From NCBI GenBank assembly GCA_965201075.1, contig CBDAVP010000007.1:248001-274281 (forward strand): 26,281 nucleotides of DNA. The letters run 5' to 3'. This stretch comes from Isosphaeraceae bacterium (lineage in GTDB: Bacteria; Planctomycetota; Planctomycetia; Isosphaerales; Isosphaeraceae). Below, one piece after another: positions 23,291-26,281 of the stretch. Under the pieces are notes generated by a model. That model was given only the letters and a program-made list of their open reading frames with translations, did not search any database and was not told the DNA's origin. Within the stretch, counting starts at the first letter, position 1. Every line of letters starts with the position of its first letter. A program made the translations under genes and the position numbers.

Positions 23291-24924
23291 ATGAGCGACG
23301 ACCTCCTGCTGAGCCTGATCTGGTCCGTGCCCCTGTCCGGCGCGCTCCTTGTACTCCTGATCCCCGGCCACTCCAAAACGGCCATCAAGGGGACGAGCCT
23401 GGCCGTGATGGTCGGCACGCTGGCCCTGACCCTGCTGGCGTTCGGCCGCTACGTCCGGCCGTCGACGGCGGGAGGGCCCGCGCCGGCGACGGTCCGCCTG
23501 ACCGAGCGGGCCGAGTTCAACACCTTCAACGACGATGTGCCCGGCGACCTGGTCGTCCGCGATGTGCCCGGCGACCTGGTCGTCCGCCGTCCCTGGATCT
23601 CGGCCTTCGGCATCGAGTATTACCTCGGCCTCGACGGCATCGGCCTGGCCATGTTGCTGCTGACGGCGTTCGTGGGTTTGCTGGCCTGCGGAGCGTCCTG
23701 GGGCATCGACGACCGGGTCAAGGGGTATTTCGCCCTGTTCCTGCTGCTGGAGGCGAGCCTGCTGGGCGCATTCCTGGCGCTGGATTTGATTTTGTTCTAC
23801 GTCTTCTTCGAGGTGATGCTGCTGCCGATGTTCGCCCTGATCGGCCTTTGGGGCGGCGAGCGTCGGGAATACGCGGCGGTCAAGTTCCTGCTGTACACGC
23901 TGTTCGGCTCGGTCTTCCTGCTGGTCGGCATCCTTTTGCTGTACTTCTGGGGGGGCGACCGGGCAGTGCATTCCTTTGACGCTCTTGCGGTGGCGAAAGC
24001 CGCGGCGGGCCCGGGTCCGTTCGGAGCGTCGATCCAGACGTGGATCTTTGGGCTATTGTTCGTTGGGTTCGCCGTCAAGCTGCCATCGTTCCCGTTCCAC
24101 ACCTGGCTGCCCGACGCCCACGTTGAAGCCCCAACGCCCATCAGCATGATGCTCGCCGGAGTCTTGCTCAAGGTCGGCGGCTACGGACTGGTTCGGTTCG
24201 CCTGGCCCCTGGCGCCCCTGGGGGCTCAGGCGTTGGCCGGTCCGGTCGCGGTTCTGGGGGTCGTCAGCATCCTCTATGGGGCTCTGGCGGCCCTGGCGCA
24301 GACGGACTTCAAAAAGCTGGTCGCCTATGCCTCGGTTAGCCACATGGGTTACGTCACGCTCGGCCTGGCGGCGATGAACCTGGTGGGCGACCCCCGTTAC
24401 TATGCCTACGGGGTGGCCGGGGCGGTCTTCCTGATGATCGCCCACGGGATCACCTCCACCGGGATGTTCTTCCTGGTCGGGGTGATTTACGATCGCGCCC
24501 ACACCCGGGACCTCCGCGAACTGGGCGGCCTGCTGGGTCCCATGCCGGTGTACGGAGCCCTGTCATTCCTGATCTTCTTCGGGGCGATGGGTCTGCCGGG
24601 TCTCTGCGGATTCGTCGGCGAGGTGTTCGTGATTCTGGCGGCGTTCCGCTCTCACCAGGGGGCGGCAATCGCGGCGGCGGCGGCCGTGGTGCTGACCGCT
24701 GGCTACATCCTGTGGACACTGCGGCGGGTGTTCCTGGGCCGCCCGCGAGGTCTGGGCGAGTTCCCCGACCTCAACCGCCGAGAACTCGCCATCGTCGCTC
24801 CCCTGGCCATCCTGACCGTGGCGTTGGGAATCTTCCCCCAGCCTTTTGGTGCTGAACTGGCTGGAAACCGTCGGTCTCCGAGGTGGTCGCCTCGGTGATT
24901 CGGGCCAACACCCCGGCCCCCTAA
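23291..24924 (+). CDS. nuoM: NADH-quinone oxidoreductase subunit M (two apparent +1 indels near the 3' end)
   Basis: YYLGLDGI, FYVFFEVMLLPM, VKLPSFPFHTWLPDAHVEAPT, LLKVGGYG, AYASVSHMG, AHG and GLPGLCGFVGE. As given, the ORF stops at 24898. Removing one T (24844-47) and one A (24865-67) gives GIFPQPLVLNWLEPSVSEVVASVIRANTPAP* with TAA at 24922-24924. Confidence 0.88.
23534..23587 (+). repeat. Perfect 27-bp tandem duplication inside nuoM
   Basis: GATGTGCCCGGCGACCTGGTCGTCCGC occurs twice, encoding DVPGDLVVR DVPGDLVVR. Confidence 0.95.
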
Positions 24925-25005
24925 GACCCATCCGTCCCAAAACAGGGCGGGGGCGATCCCGCCGCAACGCAACCGAATCAATCAAGTCGCGGAGGCTCCT
25001 GGACC

Positions 25006-26066
25006 ATGAGAACGTCGAAGCTGGCGACAATCGCGGCGGGCCTGGCCCTCTGGCCGGACGATGGGAGTCGCTCAGGGCCAGGACGCCAAGACTGAGGCGA
25101 ATTCGGTCGCCGCAATTGAGGGGCGATTCGTCGAGGGTCAGAAGGCCCTTGAGCGCGACGCCTTGCGGCAACTGGCCAAGCTCGCCGAGTCCCAAAAGCC
25201 CGAGGCCGCCGACGCGACTTATGAGGCCCTGCTAAGCTTCGCCCTGTCCCGTCATCTGGATCACGAAGCCGAGCCAATGGCCGCGAAGGCCCGCAAGGCG
25301 CCCGGCGCCTCCCCTCGGGTCGTGTCGTTGGCCCTGTTGGTGGAAATGCTGTCCGAAGCGCGTCGGGGGGAGTTCGACCGGTCGCTGGCCAGCCTCGTCG
25401 CCGCGGTCCACGCCGCCGATGATGCCAAGGAAAAGGCGAGCCGGGCGGGCACGGCGTTGCCGGTCTCGTCGCAGCTTTCCCTGCTCGATGTCTACGACCA
25501 GTTGCTCGTCCGCGCGGGCCGATTCGACGTAGCTCGCAAGGCGCTGGAGACGATCCGCGACCAGGCCTCGGGGTCGACCATCAAGGACTACGCGACCAGC
25601 CGATTGGCCCGGCTCGCCCTGGTGGGCAAGCCGGCGCCCGCGGTTTCGGGGAAGGATCTCGACGGCAAGGACGTCCAGCTCGCGGCCGGCAAGCCGACGC
25701 TGGTGGTCTTCCTGGCCAGTTGGTGCCGCCCCTGCGCCGACGAGGTGAGCTGGATCGACAAGACCTACGGCAAGCACAAGGCGGCGGGCTTCCGGGTGGT
25801 GGGGGTCGACCTCGACGCCCAGCAAGAGGGGGGGATGGAGTCCTCGGCCGTCACCCCGACGGTCCGGCGGTTCGTGGTCGACCACAATGTGCGCTGGCCG
25901 GTGGTGATCGACGCCCCAGGGTCGAAGTCGATCGCGTCGGCCTATGGAGTGACCGAACTGCCGGCCAACTTCCTGGTCGGGCCCCGACGGGACGATCACC
26001 CGCCTGGACCTGGGTGCCGACACCCTGGAACCGGCAGTGGCCGCCTCGTTGGGGGCGAAACCCTGA
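25006..26066 (+). CDS. Secreted TlpA/ResA-family thiol-disulfide oxidoreductase with N-terminal helical domain (frameshifted as sequenced)
   Basis: GGAGG RBS and ATG 25006 (MRTSKLATIAAGLAL, signal-peptide-like), out of frame with ORF 25061. Motifs VGKPAPAVSGKDLDGK, ASWCRPC, FRVVGVDLD and AYGVTELPANFLVGP. Removing one C at 25982-85 gives GPDGTITRLDLGADTLEPAVAASLGAKP* (TGA 26064-26066). Confidence 0.8.
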
Positions 26067-26091
26067 ACGGGAGGCGGCCCAACCAGGAGAC

Positions 26092-26281
26092 TCAGCGGCC
26101 GGCGGCGGCGACCTGCGGGGTGGCCGCCCGGCCGAGGGTGTCGTACAGGGCGACCAGATAGCCGTCGAAGGCATCGCCAGCGGTCGAGCCCTGGGCGTCC
26201 TGGAGCTGCCGAAGCGCCGGGCGTCCGTATTCGAGCAGGCTGGTCCGGGCATCGGTAACGGCGGCGACCGTGGCCGTGCCC
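26092..26281 (-). CDS. 3' end of a hypothetical protein (5' part outside window)
   Basis: Open minus-strand frame from the window edge, GTATVAAVTDARTSLLEYGRPALRQLQDAQGSTAGDAFDGYLVALYDTLGRAATPQVAAAGR*, with GC3-rich codons. Missing from the ORF track because it has no start in the window. Confidence 0.65.
   Translation of the reverse strand, partial: GTATVAAVTDARTSLLEYGRPALRQLQDAQGSTAGDAFDGYLVALYDTLGRAATPQVAAAGR

Noticed and set aside
23534..23587. CRISPR-like repeat
   Set aside because: There are only two directly adjacent copies with no spacer, in frame within nuoM, and no cas genes.
24951..24966. GG-N10-GC upstream of the TlpA gene
   Set aside because: GGGCGATCCCGCCGCA lacks the CAC and TT consensus positions and is likely chance in GC-rich DNA.
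628..26252. Many long antisense or alternative-frame ORFs (e.g. 1962..3188, 3206..4504, 7689..8747, 9285..10508, 19007..20050, 22390..23418)
   Set aside because: They are shadows of well-supported genes, expected at high GC, with no recognisable motifs.

Overview
GC-rich bacterial chromosome segment. Gene content points to Planctomycetota, probably Isosphaeraceae (PVC-type CxxCH protein, DUF3500, 'GWKLKP(S)W' small protein); this is inferred from family recognition, not a search. The left part (1-15225) is mostly housekeeping: the 3' end of a HEAT/cytochrome-c protein, a winged-helix hypothetical, a Spinster-like MFS transporter, DUF3500, a trans-sulfuration enzyme, a PP2C phosphatase, an M16 zinc protease, and a lipid A cluster (skp, fused lpxC-fabZ, lpxA, gnnA-like dehydrogenase). 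The middle (15329-20930) is the most interesting part. General-stress-type genes (CBS pair, ferritin-like, ElaB/YqjD-like, DUF2231, YihY) surround a sigma54 enhancer-binding response regulator and a sensor-less pseudo-histidine kinase with an intact H-box but degenerate ATP-binding boxes. Four correctly spaced -24/-12 sigma54 promoters are readable there, two of them back-to-back. The right part holds an orphan nuoL-nuoM pair, a secreted TlpA-type redoxin and the 3' end of a hypothetical gene. Several single-base indels at about 24.8-26.0 kb look like sequencing errors. The + strand changes from C-rich to G-rich across the window. No rRNA, tRNA, CRISPR array or mobile element was recognised.
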